The notes under the pieces are model-generated. The model saw only the letters and a program-made list of their open reading frames with translations. It was not told the origin of the DNA and did no database searches. From assembly GCA_963663385.2 (NCBI GenBank), contig CAXXXD010000003.1, positions 1,504,001 to 1,568,000 on the forward strand: a DNA stretch of 64,000 nt, written 5' to 3'. Positions 1 through 9,869 of this stretch are shown here, one piece after another. The translations under genes and the position numbers were made by a program. Within the stretch, counting starts at the first letter, position 1. Each line of letters opens with the position of its first letter. This stretch comes from Oceanispirochaeta sp. Lineage in GTDB: Bacteria; Spirochaetota; Spirochaetia; DSM-2461.

Positions 1-237
1 GGAGAGCAGTTCCATTTTATCCGACCAGGCGGAACCGTCTCTGGAATAGGAACCGAAATAGTGAATAATCTCATCATCATTGCGGTTATACTCCTGCCAC
101 ATCATAAAAAGGTATCCCTGATCCGAAGTGATTATCTGCGGATAGTAGGCTCCTGCTCCGGTAAGATCCAGAGGATGTTCCCAATAAAGTTCCTGAGCAT
201 TCAATGGAAACAGACAGGCAAAGAGGAGAAGTAACAC
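1..237 (-). CDS. Partial (runs off window start) secreted hypothetical protein
   Basis: Open minus-strand frame VLLLLFACLFPLNAQELYWEHPLDLTGAGAYYPQ... directly downstream of the 993-aa gene; signal-peptide-like N-terminus; start codon uncertain (GTG at 237). Confidence 0.6.
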   Translation of the reverse strand, partial: MLLLLFACLFPLNAQELYWEHPLDLTGAGAYYPQIITSDQGYLFMMWQEYNRNDDEIIHYFGSYSRDGSAWSDKMELLS

Positions 238-254
238 TGTACAACAGGGATATT

Positions 255-3236
255 TTAGAATTTTGATTCGAGTCTCCTTTTCAAATCCTGCAGAGGCGGA
301 TAAGTAGCATTATCCTTATCTTTCAGCAATTGCTGTACAATGGCATAGGCTTCAAAATAATCACCCTTGATATATTTCTCTTCGGCAGATTTGAACTGGG
401 ATTGAGCGGCAGATGATAAAACAATGGTAGTTTGTCCTCCCGCATCCAGCTGAATACGATCTTTCAGTTCTATAGCGCGGCTGTTTTCCGGATTCAATTC
501 TATAGCTTTATCCAATTGAGCCAGAGCAACGGGGAACTGGGACCGGACATTTCCTTCAACAATGGCAAAGGCTTTCTGATACAGGTCCTGACTCTCTTTA
601 AGCGCCCTTGTATCGGGTGGAGGAATACGAATCCCGAGTATAATTTCCGCATCATAGATGGCCTTTGCGATTCCCGGATAATCCGGCTCTATGGCAGAAA
701 GGTCTTTTAAATCTATGTAGGCTTCGTCCGGTTCTGTCTGCAATTTGCTCCTGGCGCTTTTATATTTTTCAGAGAATACAACAATAAAGAGATCCGGATC
801 GCGAAGCTGCTGAATCCGCAGTTTCAGAACGCTGGCGGCCTGATTCAGAGGCATGGGAATCAGGATCTCATTCAGATTCTGATCCGATCGATCCAGGTAT
901 TTAAATCCCTCAGCCGTATTTCCCTCTTCAATCAGCTTTTTCCCTGTTTCAAAATTGGAATAGGCCAGATTCAGAAATTGCGTCATCTCAGCATAAAGGG
1001 GTTCTGTATCCTCAATGGTCCGGCCCGATTCCACTGAGAGAGCGGCGCGTACCAGGTTCAGCCAGTAATTGATTTCGCTGTTTGGTTCTGTATTGGTTGT
1101 AAACCAGCGGCTTTCTGCCCTGAGCAGGACAATTTCACTCTGGGCGTAACGGCCCTGCAGGTAGAGACTTTTTCCCTGGTTGACATTTTCCCGTACATAA
1201 CGGATGACTTCCTTATTCTCCTCCAGGAGGATTTCGGCCTGAAGATCGGCAATCCTCCTATCCACTTCATCCCTTGCTATAATATCCTCATCATAGGATA
1301 GAGCCTGAACAAACAGATCCTGGGATGTTGTGAGTTCCTGTATTGCCTGGGCAAATGATTTTCTGCCTAAGGCATCTTCCGATTCGGCGAAACGGTACTC
1401 GGCTTCATTAAGAAAACGTTCGGCCAGCACCAGATTCTGATCAGCCCGTCTGGTTATTCTGCCGTATTCCTGCCCGGCAGATTTCAAGCCGGCCAGAATG
1501 GATTCCCCTCTCTGAAGGTAACGATCCATCGGATCTTTTTGGGGCACATCTTCCCTGATGTTCCTGTAGTCATCCAGAAATTCCTGAATATTCTCCTGAA
1601 GAACAAGGTTATCGGAAGAGAGGATTTCCAGAAGATTCAGAGAACGCCGGGGATAGACGTAGAGAATATTCAGATCATCCTCCAGTTCTTCCGGAGTAAT
1701 CCCCTCCAGAAGTTCCAGAGCATTTGCCTGTTCATCCAGAATCCGTTTATATTCAGTTTCCAGAGGATTAAGGACGTATTCGGCCATATCCAGAGCGATT
1801 TGACCTCGCAGCAGCCCATAGGAATCTATAACCTGTTCAATACGATCAAGGGAGAAAGCCGCCAATTCACCGGAGCTGCTGCCTTTGTAAAGGTTGTCCC
1901 GGCCTATAGTATCCTCAAGAGTCTTCCAGGAATCCCTTTGAGGAACAAGATTTTCAATTTCCTCCTTCAGAATACTCCTTCGTCCCGTCATCAGAGGATA
2001 GTCCTTATTGTTATAGACTCTGTAACTCTCCAGTCTGTCATTAAACTGACTCAGTACTGCAAAAAGGCGGGCATGGTCATATTTAGTATTCAGATCTACA
2101 AGCTTGTCGTAATAGATATTCAGGATATCCCGGCTCTTATCATTCAAAGCCATGGATTCATCCAGATTCATAATATCTGACCTGAGAGTATTATAGGAAA
2201 GAGCCTGCTCAGCCCAGTATTCACTCTCTTCGTAGGATTCCTGTGCGGTTACCCAGCTCTCTGCTCTATAGGAGCTCTCCGCTCTGGTAAGAGAGTTTTC
2301 AAGGTTCCGGTCAATCTGGTTTATAATCGGATTAAGGGTACTTTCCCAGAACCCGTCCATAGCCACGACCAGACCTTCATTCTGTTCTACCGTGGTTCTC
2401 CCGTATACGATTCTCCAGGCGAAACCCAGAAAAAAGTCTTCCTTATATTCTGAACTGATCTCTCCCAGCAGCCTGTTCTGTTCCCGGAATGTCCAACCCG
2501 CATGCCAGACTGTATTCCGCAGCTCTGCAAAACGGGAAATCAGCTCTCTGGCCCTGCCCAGTGTTTCACTGGTCCGTGCGGACGGTGTAACGATCCCCTG
2601 AGCTGTCAGCCCGGACATATTCTCATAACTTGAAAGGAATTCAGCAGTTGCTGCCATCAGTTTTTCCAGGCTTTTATCTACAGGGCCCTTGATCAGGTCT
2701 CCGTAATCCCTTTCATCATAGGTTCTTTTGTGAAAATTATACGCTGTCAGGTAGGTGGAAACAGCCTCGTTATACTGACCGGCCTGATAATACCCGTAGG
2801 CCCTGTCCATCGCCTCATTAAAAAGCAGTCTGAAGTAGATAAGCTCCGCACTGATTCGGGCGTCCCGAATCGTATCTTCTGTGGAAGGGTTGGGGTTTTT
2901 ATCCAGTTGTTCCAGCTCATCGATTATCTCCAGCCCCTTCTGATAATCGTTTTCATCAAAAAGGACCCGTATCAGCTCTTCATATTTATCGTTGAATTCC
3001 TCTTTTTTCTGACGTATATCCTGGATCATACCCTGAGCTTTCTCCATTTCTTCAGGGTTTTCCTTCACAATATCTACCAGAAGGTTTATAGCCTGATTAT
3101 AATCCAGTACTTCGATAAGCCTTTGAACTTCCTTATATTTATCTGACACCTTCATTTTCCCATCCTGTGCGAACAGGCTTACCAGAATCAGAAAAAAGAG
3201 GAGAATTGATGATGTTAAACACTTATTAAATGTCAA
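255..3236 (-). CDS. Large secreted alpha-helical/TPR-like protein
   Basis: 993-aa ORF, N-terminal signal peptide (LLFFLILVSLFA|Q), repeated TPR-like helices (e.g. ALAQLDKAIELNPEN). Confidence 0.75.
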   Translation of the reverse strand: MTFNKCLTSSILLFFLILVSLFAQDGKMKVSDKYKEVQRLIEVLDYNQAINLLVDIVKENPEEMEKAQGMIQDIRQKKEEFNDKYEELIRVLFDENDYQKGLEIIDELEQLDKNPNPSTEDTIRDARISAELIYFRLLFNEAMDRAYGYYQAGQYNEAVSTYLTAYNFHKRTYDERDYGDLIKGPVDKSLEKLMAATAEFLSSYENMSGLTAQGIVTPSARTSETLGRARELISRFAELRNTVWHAGWTFREQNRLLGEISSEYKEDFFLGFAWRIVYGRTTVEQNEGLVVAMDGFWESTLNPIINQIDRNLENSLTRAESSYRAESWVTAQESYEESEYWAEQALSYNTLRSDIMNLDESMALNDKSRDILNIYYDKLVDLNTKYDHARLFAVLSQFNDRLESYRVYNNKDYPLMTGRRSILKEEIENLVPQRDSWKTLEDTIGRDNLYKGSSSGELAAFSLDRIEQVIDSYGLLRGQIALDMAEYVLNPLETEYKRILDEQANALELLEGITPEELEDDLNILYVYPRRSLNLLEILSSDNLVLQENIQEFLDDYRNIREDVPQKDPMDRYLQRGESILAGLKSAGQEYGRITRRADQNLVLAERFLNEAEYRFAESEDALGRKSFAQAIQELTTSQDLFVQALSYDEDIIARDEVDRRIADLQAEILLEENKEVIRYVRENVNQGKSLYLQGRYAQSEIVLLRAESRWFTTNTEPNSEINYWLNLVRAALSVESGRTIEDTEPLYAEMTQFLNLAYSNFETGKKLIEEGNTAEGFKYLDRSDQNLNEILIPMPLNQAASVLKLRIQQLRDPDLFIVVFSEKYKSARSKLQTEPDEAYIDLKDLSAIEPDYPGIAKAIYDAEIILGIRIPPPDTRALKESQDLYQKAFAIVEGNVRSQFPVALAQLDKAIELNPENSRAIELKDRIQLDAGGQTTIVLSSAAQSQFKSAEEKYIKGDYFEAYAIVQQLLKDKDNATYPPLQDLKRRLESKF

Positions 3237-3350
3237 GTAAAACCTTCAAAATCACGATAATAAAGCTGTTCAGTTATATACTATATTATTATCGGCATCA
3301 TAGGAACTAAACTGGATAAAACCACACCTGACGGGTATAATATATTTAAG

Positions 3351-4604
3351 ATGAAAAAGGGATTAGCCGCAGCACTCTTTATTTTACTCACTGCTTCTTT
3401 GTTTTCAGGCTCAAATACTGCCGCTACATATGCCTATCTCAGCGAGATTTTCGGCATTGATGATAATGCGGGACTGAATTCCTTCCTGACCCTTACCATA
3501 CCCGCGGGAGGTAAATACGAGGGAATGGGCACTGCGTTTACAGCCATGAGTTCTGATTCCAGTTTTCTGGATTCCAATCCGGCGGGAAGCTCCTTTGTTC
3601 AGAACTCGGAACTGACCTTTTATCATAATAACTGGATCGAAGAGACCAACATAGAAAGCGTAACCTACACCGCCAGGTGGGATAATCTCGGTGTAGGAAT
3701 CGGGGGGAAATTCCTGTACCTCCCTTTTACAGGGATTGATGAATGGGGGGACCGGGCAAAGAATGACAACGGCAGCTACGCTACCGGTTACTACACGGAA
3801 ACAATCGCAACAGCCAATGCGGCATATACATTTCTGAACGACTATTACTACCATGGGTTCTCGGTTGGCACTAATTTCAAACTGGGATACAGGGGTATCC
3901 CCAACTCTATAGCCCCGAACCAGTCTGCCCTGGCTGTAATGGTGGATGTAGGCCTTCAGACACGGCTCAATCTACTGAAATACTACAGCTCCCGTGAAAA
4001 GAATTTTTCCTATGGGCTCGCAGTAAAAAATATTGGAAGTGAACTGATTGATACCCCCGATCCTCTGCCCACCACATTTTCAACAGGGATTGCCTATTCT
4101 CCTATAAAACCTCTCACCTGGGCTTTTGATATCAACTACCCCTTCAACCTGGACGGAACGCCTTCCGAAGCGATCAGTTATTCTACCGGATTTGATATTA
4201 ACCTGGCCTCGTTTTTATCTGTACAGTCGGGATTTCTGCTGAAACGGGGACTCCCCCGGTTCAGTGTGGGAACATCTTTTGATGCGGAAAAATTCAGCAT
4301 TACTGCAAATTATACTCTGGATTTAACCACGCAGTTTACCAAACTGGACAGATTCAGCCTCTCCCTCCGTTTGAATCTGGGAGATTTCGGCAGGATGAGC
4401 CGAAACGAAAAAGCCCAGATTCTCTACCTCGAAGGTCTGGAGACATATGCAAACGGGAATATTAGCGGAGCCATTGATCTGTGGGAGGAGTGTCTTTCCA
4501 TACGGGAAGATTTCACTCCTGCCAAAGAGATGATTCAGACAGCCCGTAAAACCCTTGAACTGAACAACAGACTCCAGCAGAACCAGACTATCGAAGACGA
4601 ATAG
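3351..4604 (+). CDS. UPF0164-family (FadL/PorV-like) outer-membrane protein with C-terminal TPR
   Basis: Signal peptide; IPAGGKYEGMGTAFTAM..DSSFLDSNPAG motif typical of treponemal UPF0164 proteins; amphipathic beta-strands; C-terminal helical TPR. Confidence 0.75.
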   Translation: MKKGLAAALFILLTASLFSGSNTAATYAYLSEIFGIDDNAGLNSFLTLTIPAGGKYEGMGTAFTAMSSDSSFLDSNPAGSSFVQNSELTFYHNNWIEETNIESVTYTARWDNLGVGIGGKFLYLPFTGIDEWGDRAKNDNGSYATGYYTETIATANAAYTFLNDYYYHGFSVGTNFKLGYRGIPNSIAPNQSALAVMVDVGLQTRLNLLKYYSSREKNFSYGLAVKNIGSELIDTPDPLPTTFSTGIAYSPIKPLTWAFDINYPFNLDGTPSEAISYSTGFDINLASFLSVQSGFLLKRGLPRFSVGTSFDAEKFSITANYTLDLTTQFTKLDRFSLSLRLNLGDFGRMSRNEKAQILYLEGLETYANGNISGAIDLWEECLSIREDFTPAKEMIQTARKTLELNNRLQQNQTIEDE

Positions 4605-4613
4605 GACCGCCTT

Positions 4614-5339
4614 TTATTTATTCTTCAAGTATTCGGAAAGCTGTTTGAACAAAAACTTCAGTTCCGGATAGTCTTCAGTCTGAACCCAGGCCCTTTTCTT
4701 TGAGAACCTTCCAGGGCCTCTGCGGTTCTGATCGTTCAGAAAACCTTCAAGAGCTTTCCGGAAGTCCATCATCTCCTGACTATAGCTGTTAAAGAAAAGA
4801 GGCACCCCCCCCTCCTTTATATATTCGGCTTTTTCAGTTCTGCTCATTGACGCGATTTTTTCCAGATACAGCTCAACCTGTTTCAGAAAATCCACACGTT
4901 CGAAGGGGATCCGGTTCAAAGAATGAGTCAGTTCCTGTTTCTTTAAAAGAGCTTTCTCCGATTGTACATCCTGGTTTACAAGGCGGTACCATCCCAGTGC
5001 AGCCAGAATAAGAGAAAGAACAATTTCATCCACCAGAGGAAGGGGATCTCTGATTACATACGAAAGAAAATAGAAGGAAAGAAGGAAGATACCGGTAGCC
5101 AGTATAAAATGCAGAATGAATTTTGAATCATTGAACCAGGCGCGGACTGCCAGATCAATCTTAACTTTCCAGTTTGCCTGGAAAGACTGCATATCTTCTG
5201 CTGAAGGAGAGGACCCGTAATACCCTCTTATATCCTCATTTTCCAGAAAATCTATTAATGCCGCCTTGGCGGGAGGATTGGCTATAAAACAACGGTTGCT
5301 GTTCCAGTGTAAAAAATAAATATTTCTGTGTTTCAACAA
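4614..5339 (-). CDS. Hypothetical membrane protein (two TM helices)
   Basis: 241-aa ORF abutting upstream gene, GAGGAG RBS before TTG; hydrophobic hairpin around RDPLPLVDE. Confidence 0.65.
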   Translation of the reverse strand: MLKHRNIYFLHWNSNRCFIANPPAKAALIDFLENEDIRGYYGSSPSAEDMQSFQANWKVKIDLAVRAWFNDSKFILHFILATGIFLLSFYFLSYVIRDPLPLVDEIVLSLILAALGWYRLVNQDVQSEKALLKKQELTHSLNRIPFERVDFLKQVELYLEKIASMSRTEKAEYIKEGGVPLFFNSYSQEMMDFRKALEGFLNDQNRRGPGRFSKKRAWVQTEDYPELKFLFKQLSEYLKNK

Positions 5340-6254
5340 TTACTCCTCATCGGATTTGGAAGGCATGTAGGCTAGCAGCTCCTTCATACCGTACAATTCT
5401 GCGTATTTCCGGGCGGACAACCCCAGAGAATCATTTATATCCGCATTAGCCTGCTTCTTCAATAACTCTACAGCACAATCAATCTGTTTATTTCCCACCG
5501 AGAGCACAAGGGCTGTCTGTCCGCTCTTGCTCTGGATTTCGATATCCGCCCCATTTTCAATCAGATAACGGACAATCTCGACATGACCCTCTGAAGCGGC
5601 ATCCATCAGGGGAGTGTTGTTCCTGTCGGTGCTTATCTGATTTACCACAGCACCGGATTCAACCAGGATTTTGACCAGTCCGAAATACCCGTTTCTGGCA
5701 GCCAGTCCCAGAAGGGTGACCTTGTCAAGGGACTCTTTATTTATATCAAAACCCGCTTCCAGATAGACCCCGACCATAAAGCGGTCGCCTTTTTCTACGG
5801 CTCTGGCCAAACCTTCAAAAGCATGCTCTTCAAGTTTAGCTTCCAGGGAGCGGCGGGCAATACTGGTTCTGGAATCCCTATCCCAAAGAGGCATAATGAG
5901 TTCCAGACTGTCTTTCAAGCCGCTTTGAGTTGTAGACCATGGATACAGCGAAAGAATATCCCCATACGGCAGAAAAGAATCATCTTCTGTTGTATTTATC
6001 AGAATCTGCCTGCGCCGGGAGCCTGCAAACCCCATTACATAGGAGAACCATTGGGCTTTCAAATCATCTTCCACCGGAATAATCAGGTAGTAATCCGAGT
6101 ACCCCAATCCTTCCTGAATTTTCAGAACCGCTTCAGAATCCCATTTTTTTTCGGGAAAATACGCATGGGACTCAATAAACATTTCCTCAAACAGCGGGAT
6201 GAGATCTGTAAGGATATCTTTTCTTTCATAGGAACAGAATATGGTTAATTTCAT
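5340..6254 (-). CDS. Ankyrin-repeat protein with TIR-like N-terminal domain
   Basis: Ankyrin repeats (TPLMDAASEGHVEIVRYLIENGADI; GQTALVLSV); N-terminus IFCSY...SDYYLII...WFSYVMGFA has a TIR-like pattern. Confidence 0.85.
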   Translation of the reverse strand: MKLTIFCSYERKDILTDLIPLFEEMFIESHAYFPEKKWDSEAVLKIQEGLGYSDYYLIIPVEDDLKAQWFSYVMGFAGSRRRQILINTTEDDSFLPYGDILSLYPWSTTQSGLKDSLELIMPLWDRDSRTSIARRSLEAKLEEHAFEGLARAVEKGDRFMVGVYLEAGFDINKESLDKVTLLGLAARNGYFGLVKILVESGAVVNQISTDRNNTPLMDAASEGHVEIVRYLIENGADIEIQSKSGQTALVLSVGNKQIDCAVELLKKQANADINDSLGLSARKYAELYGMKELLAYMPSKSDEE

Positions 6255-6360
6255 AATAACTAATCAGAACCCCTTTAAAAACAAAAAGAGAATTACTCAT
6301 TATCCTTATCGGAATTGTATGGAAAAAAGTTAACCCCCACGATACAATTGTGTCATTGTT

Positions 6361-7677
6361 ATGGAAGAAAAAGATGATCAGGAAAACGGCGTATTAAGCC
6401 AGTACCTTAAAGAACTCATAAAAATACAGGACCATGCTCTTATAACAGAAGAGGATATTGCCAGGCTGAACGAGATATACTCCCTCTCTACGGAAGAGAT
6501 TGATAAAATTCACATGCTCGCCCACAGGCATATATCAAGGGCGGACCAGTATAAAAAACAGGAAAGATGGGATACAGCCATAGTTGAAACGGAACGAGCC
6601 CTTCTTTTTACCCCCCTTGATCCGGACTTGAGGCTGGACCTGGCAGAACTGTATACCCTTCGAAGCCGCCAGTATGGTTACCTGGAGAAAGATCTCAGAA
6701 GAGCCCGGGATAAAGTAAGGGAAACCCTTATTCTGAACCCCGGGTATAGGGAAGCCATAAAACTCCAGAAGGAACTTCAGGATCTGGACAGGATGCTGAA
6801 GGGAACCGATCAGAACAGGAGGATTATTCCACTGATTATTGCTCTTCTCATTATTATGGGAGCTGTTCTTATTCCCAGGATCCGGAATTTTGATTTCTGG
6901 AATATTAATGAGGAAGAAACCGCCGGTGGTGATCATTCCCCTGAGGAACAGGAGTGGACAAGAAAAGAGATGCTCATACAGCCGGCAGATTCCCTGAAGG
7001 AGCGGTTGGATATTGAAATCAGAGAAGCGGAAATTTTAAAAAGCAGTGATAGTTACGTTCTTTCTCTATCCGGCTATGTTCAGAGTCTTTCCGGTCCTCT
7101 GGAAAATCTGGTACTGAGCCTTTCCCTTGGGGAGATTATGTCTCCCGTACTCAAGGAGGAACTGTCCCTGCTGGATAATAATGACCCGATTCTACTTCCC
7201 GGAGAATCTCTTCCCTTCTCGGCCTATTTTCATATGACCAGTTACAACGATGAGGAATCCCTGCTACTGGGAATATCGGCAATACAAAAGTCTGATGCTT
7301 TATATGATCCTGCGAAGTGGACAGAGTCAGTCCCCTTCTGGGAGATTCCCCGCCCTAACGATATCAATCTTAAGTTTACAAGCAAACTTCATAATCTGAT
7401 TGAGGGGTATGACAGAACCTACCTCTTTCAGGATATTAAAATGGATAACAGAAGCATTGATTCCCTGGAAAAGCTGGAGATAAATGCGAAATGGTATGAT
7501 ACGGATAAAAATGAGATTGCCAGCCGCCTGATAGACTGTATCCCCTCCGGTGGCCCTCCCATAAAAGGGGAATCCGTGCAGACTTTCAGAGTAATGCTTG
7601 ATCTCCCCAAAGAGCAGATGCACAGAATGACCGATTATGCTCTTTATATTGAGTCTATAAAAAAGGTGAATAAATGA
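6361..7677 (+). CDS. Membrane-anchored hypothetical protein (N-terminal TPR-like helices, one TM, C-terminal beta domains)
   Basis: 438 aa; TPR-like segment (WDTAIVETERALLFTPLD), TM IIPLIIALLIIMGAVLI. Confidence 0.65.
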   Translation: MEEKDDQENGVLSQYLKELIKIQDHALITEEDIARLNEIYSLSTEEIDKIHMLAHRHISRADQYKKQERWDTAIVETERALLFTPLDPDLRLDLAELYTLRSRQYGYLEKDLRRARDKVRETLILNPGYREAIKLQKELQDLDRMLKGTDQNRRIIPLIIALLIIMGAVLIPRIRNFDFWNINEEETAGGDHSPEEQEWTRKEMLIQPADSLKERLDIEIREAEILKSSDSYVLSLSGYVQSLSGPLENLVLSLSLGEIMSPVLKEELSLLDNNDPILLPGESLPFSAYFHMTSYNDEESLLLGISAIQKSDALYDPAKWTESVPFWEIPRPNDINLKFTSKLHNLIEGYDRTYLFQDIKMDNRSIDSLEKLEINAKWYDTDKNEIASRLIDCIPSGGPPIKGESVQTFRVMLDLPKEQMHRMTDYALYIESIKKVNK

Positions 7678-8192
7678 CATCAAAACTGAAATTATCCCTC
7701 AAGGACATTGACTGGAGTAAATGGGTTCCTACAGAATCTGCAGTGATCACCTATATCCTGAAGGGATCAGAAGTCCTGCTTATAAGAAAAAAGACTGGTC
7801 TTGGAGCCGGAAAGGTGAATGCACCCGGTGGTCATATTGAAGAGGGAGAAACGCCAGAAGAGGCGGCTATCAGAGAAATAGAAGAAGAAGTAGGACTAAA
7901 AGCGGAAAACCTGAAGTACTCGGGAGAACTTTTTTTTCATTTTACTGACGGATTAAAGCTTAAGGGAACGGTATTCCTGAGTAAAAGGTTTTCCGGTACT
8001 CCCATCGAGACAGACGAAGCGGATCCCTTCTGGTGTCCGATTTCCGAAATTCCCTGGGAGAAAATGTGGGAAGATGACATTCACTGGCTTCCAAGGGCAC
8101 TGAACGGAGAGTGTTTTACAGGTCATTTTATTTTTGACGGTGATTCAATGGTTGATTCGGATCTGCATTTTTATGATTCCCGTTCCTCATAG
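7674..8192 (+). CDS. Nudix hydrolase, 8-oxo-dGTP diphosphatase (MutT/MTH1-like)
   Basis: Nudix box GGHIEEGETPEEAAIREIEEEVG; MTH1-like IPWEKMWEDD. Confidence 0.9.
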   Translation: MTSKLKLSLKDIDWSKWVPTESAVITYILKGSEVLLIRKKTGLGAGKVNAPGGHIEEGETPEEAAIREIEEEVGLKAENLKYSGELFFHFTDGLKLKGTVFLSKRFSGTPIETDEADPFWCPISEIPWEKMWEDDIHWLPRALNGECFTGHFIFDGDSMVDSDLHFYDSRSS

Positions 8193-8464
8193 ATGGAGAG
8201 CATCCTTTCGAATGGGGAGTTTTCTTTTTTCAGCTCCTTCGATCCCCTTGTAATTTTACATAAACTCAAACCCAGTTTATCTGCGATCTTACGCTGGGAC
8301 ATGCCCTCTTTTATCAGTTTTACCAGAGCCCATCTGGTTGCCAGTTCGTGTGTTTCATTAGGGGTCAGCAAACCATTACAAAGGAAGTCGTAAATCAATT
8401 CACTATCGTTACATTCAGCCAGAGCCTGTGAAAGCTCTTTAATAGAATTCCTGTCATCCATCAC
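8171..8464 (-). CDS. TrpR/YerC-YecD-like HTH regulator
   Basis: LLTPNETHELATRW...SQRKIADKLGLSLCKITRGSKELK matches the Trp-repressor family pattern. Confidence 0.85.
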   Translation of the reverse strand: MMDDRNSIKELSQALAECNDSELIYDFLCNGLLTPNETHELATRWALVKLIKEGMSQRKIADKLGLSLCKITRGSKELKKENSPFERMLSIYEERES

Positions 8465-9869
8465 TTGACTCCTGTTGAATATTCTTCAGGAACTCCTGTT
8501 CCATGCCAAAATCGTGTATTTTCCTGTGCAGGGTTTTACGGCCTATCCCCAGAATCTCGGCAGCCCTGCTCTTATTCCCGTTAACATAATTCAAGGTGGA
8601 ACGTATTATCGCTTTTTCTGCTTCAGCCATATTTGAACCCATTTTGATTTTAATATATCCTTCTTCCGATCCTTCAATAACAGAAGGCGGAAGGTCATCA
8701 CTCATAATAAAATGTCCCCGGCAGAGAACTACAGCACTTTCCATACAGTTTCTCAGTTCCCTGACATTTCCCGGCCACGAGTAATTATAGAGAGCCATAG
8801 CGGCTTTGTTATCAATACCTTCAATACTTTTCCCGTTCTCTTCATTAAACTCTTTCAGAAAGGCGCTGGCCATCAGAGGTATATCCTCTTTCCTTTCCCG
8901 CAGAGGGGGGATATGGATATTAACGACATTGAGACGGTAGTAGAGATCCTCCCGGAAATTCCCTTCCTGTATCTCTTTTTTCAAATCCCGGTTAGTGGCT
9001 GCGATCACCCGGGTATCTATTTTCACGGTTTCCGTTCCTCCGACTCTTTCAAACTCCCTCTCCTGCAGAACTCTGAGAATTTTAATCTGTACGGACTGGT
9101 TGATTTCCCCGATTTCATCCAGAAAAATGGTTCCCTTATCGGAAAGTTCAAAACGGCCTTTTTTTTGTCCCACCGCCCCGGTAAAAGCGCCTTTTTCATG
9201 ACCGAACAGTTCACTCTCAAGAAGCGATTCGGAAAGAGCGGCACAGTGAACCTTAACCAGTGAGTGGTCCTTTCTGTTTGACTGTCGATGAATCGCATCA
9301 GCCACCAGTTCCTTTCCGACACCGCTGTCCCCTGTAATCAGAACAGATGCTTTTGTCGATGCAACCTGATCGATCAGTTCGAAGACTTTCTGCATCTGGC
9401 TGCTTTTACCTATAAAACTGGATGTCTCTTTTTTATTTTCAAGACGGGCTACTTCCTCCTGCAGTTCCCGGTGTTTCAGCACCAGTTCCCTGGAAGAGAG
9501 AGCCCTTTTTACAAGCAGAGAGAGACGGTCAAGGTTCAGGGGTTTGGTCAGGAAATCATACGCACCGTCCCTCATGGCGTTTACGGCATTTTCCACAGTA
9601 CCATGCCCGGTCAGGATTATAACGGGCACCGTCGGATAGGCGGATGAGATCTTTTTAAGCAGCTCTTCTCCGGAAACCTTCGGCATCCTCAGGTCTGTCA
9701 GAACAAGATCGATATCGGTCTTTACCATTATTTTCATGGCTTCATTGCCGTCTTCGGCCAATGAAACGTTATAACCGTCCATCTCCAGAGCCTTCCCCAG
9801 CCCCATACGGATATTTTTTTCATCATCTACGACAAGGATATTGAATTTCATGATTCCGCACCTTCCCAT
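8454..9869 (-). CDS. Sigma-54-dependent response regulator (NtrC/Rrp2-like)
   Basis: Receiver domain, Walker A GDSGVGKE, GAFTGA, FLDEIGE, C-terminal Fis HTH; start probably at MKFNIL. Confidence 0.95.
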   Translation of the reverse strand: MGRCGIMKFNILVVDDEKNIRMGLGKALEMDGYNVSLAEDGNEAMKIMVKTDIDLVLTDLRMPKVSGEELLKKISSAYPTVPVIILTGHGTVENAVNAMRDGAYDFLTKPLNLDRLSLLVKRALSSRELVLKHRELQEEVARLENKKETSSFIGKSSQMQKVFELIDQVASTKASVLITGDSGVGKELVADAIHRQSNRKDHSLVKVHCAALSESLLESELFGHEKGAFTGAVGQKKGRFELSDKGTIFLDEIGEINQSVQIKILRVLQEREFERVGGTETVKIDTRVIAATNRDLKKEIQEGNFREDLYYRLNVVNIHIPPLRERKEDIPLMASAFLKEFNEENGKSIEGIDNKAAMALYNYSWPGNVRELRNCMESAVVLCRGHFIMSDDLPPSVIEGSEEGYIKIKMGSNMAEAEKAIIRSTLNYVNGNKSRAAEILGIGRKTLHRKIHDFGMEQEFLKNIQQESSDG

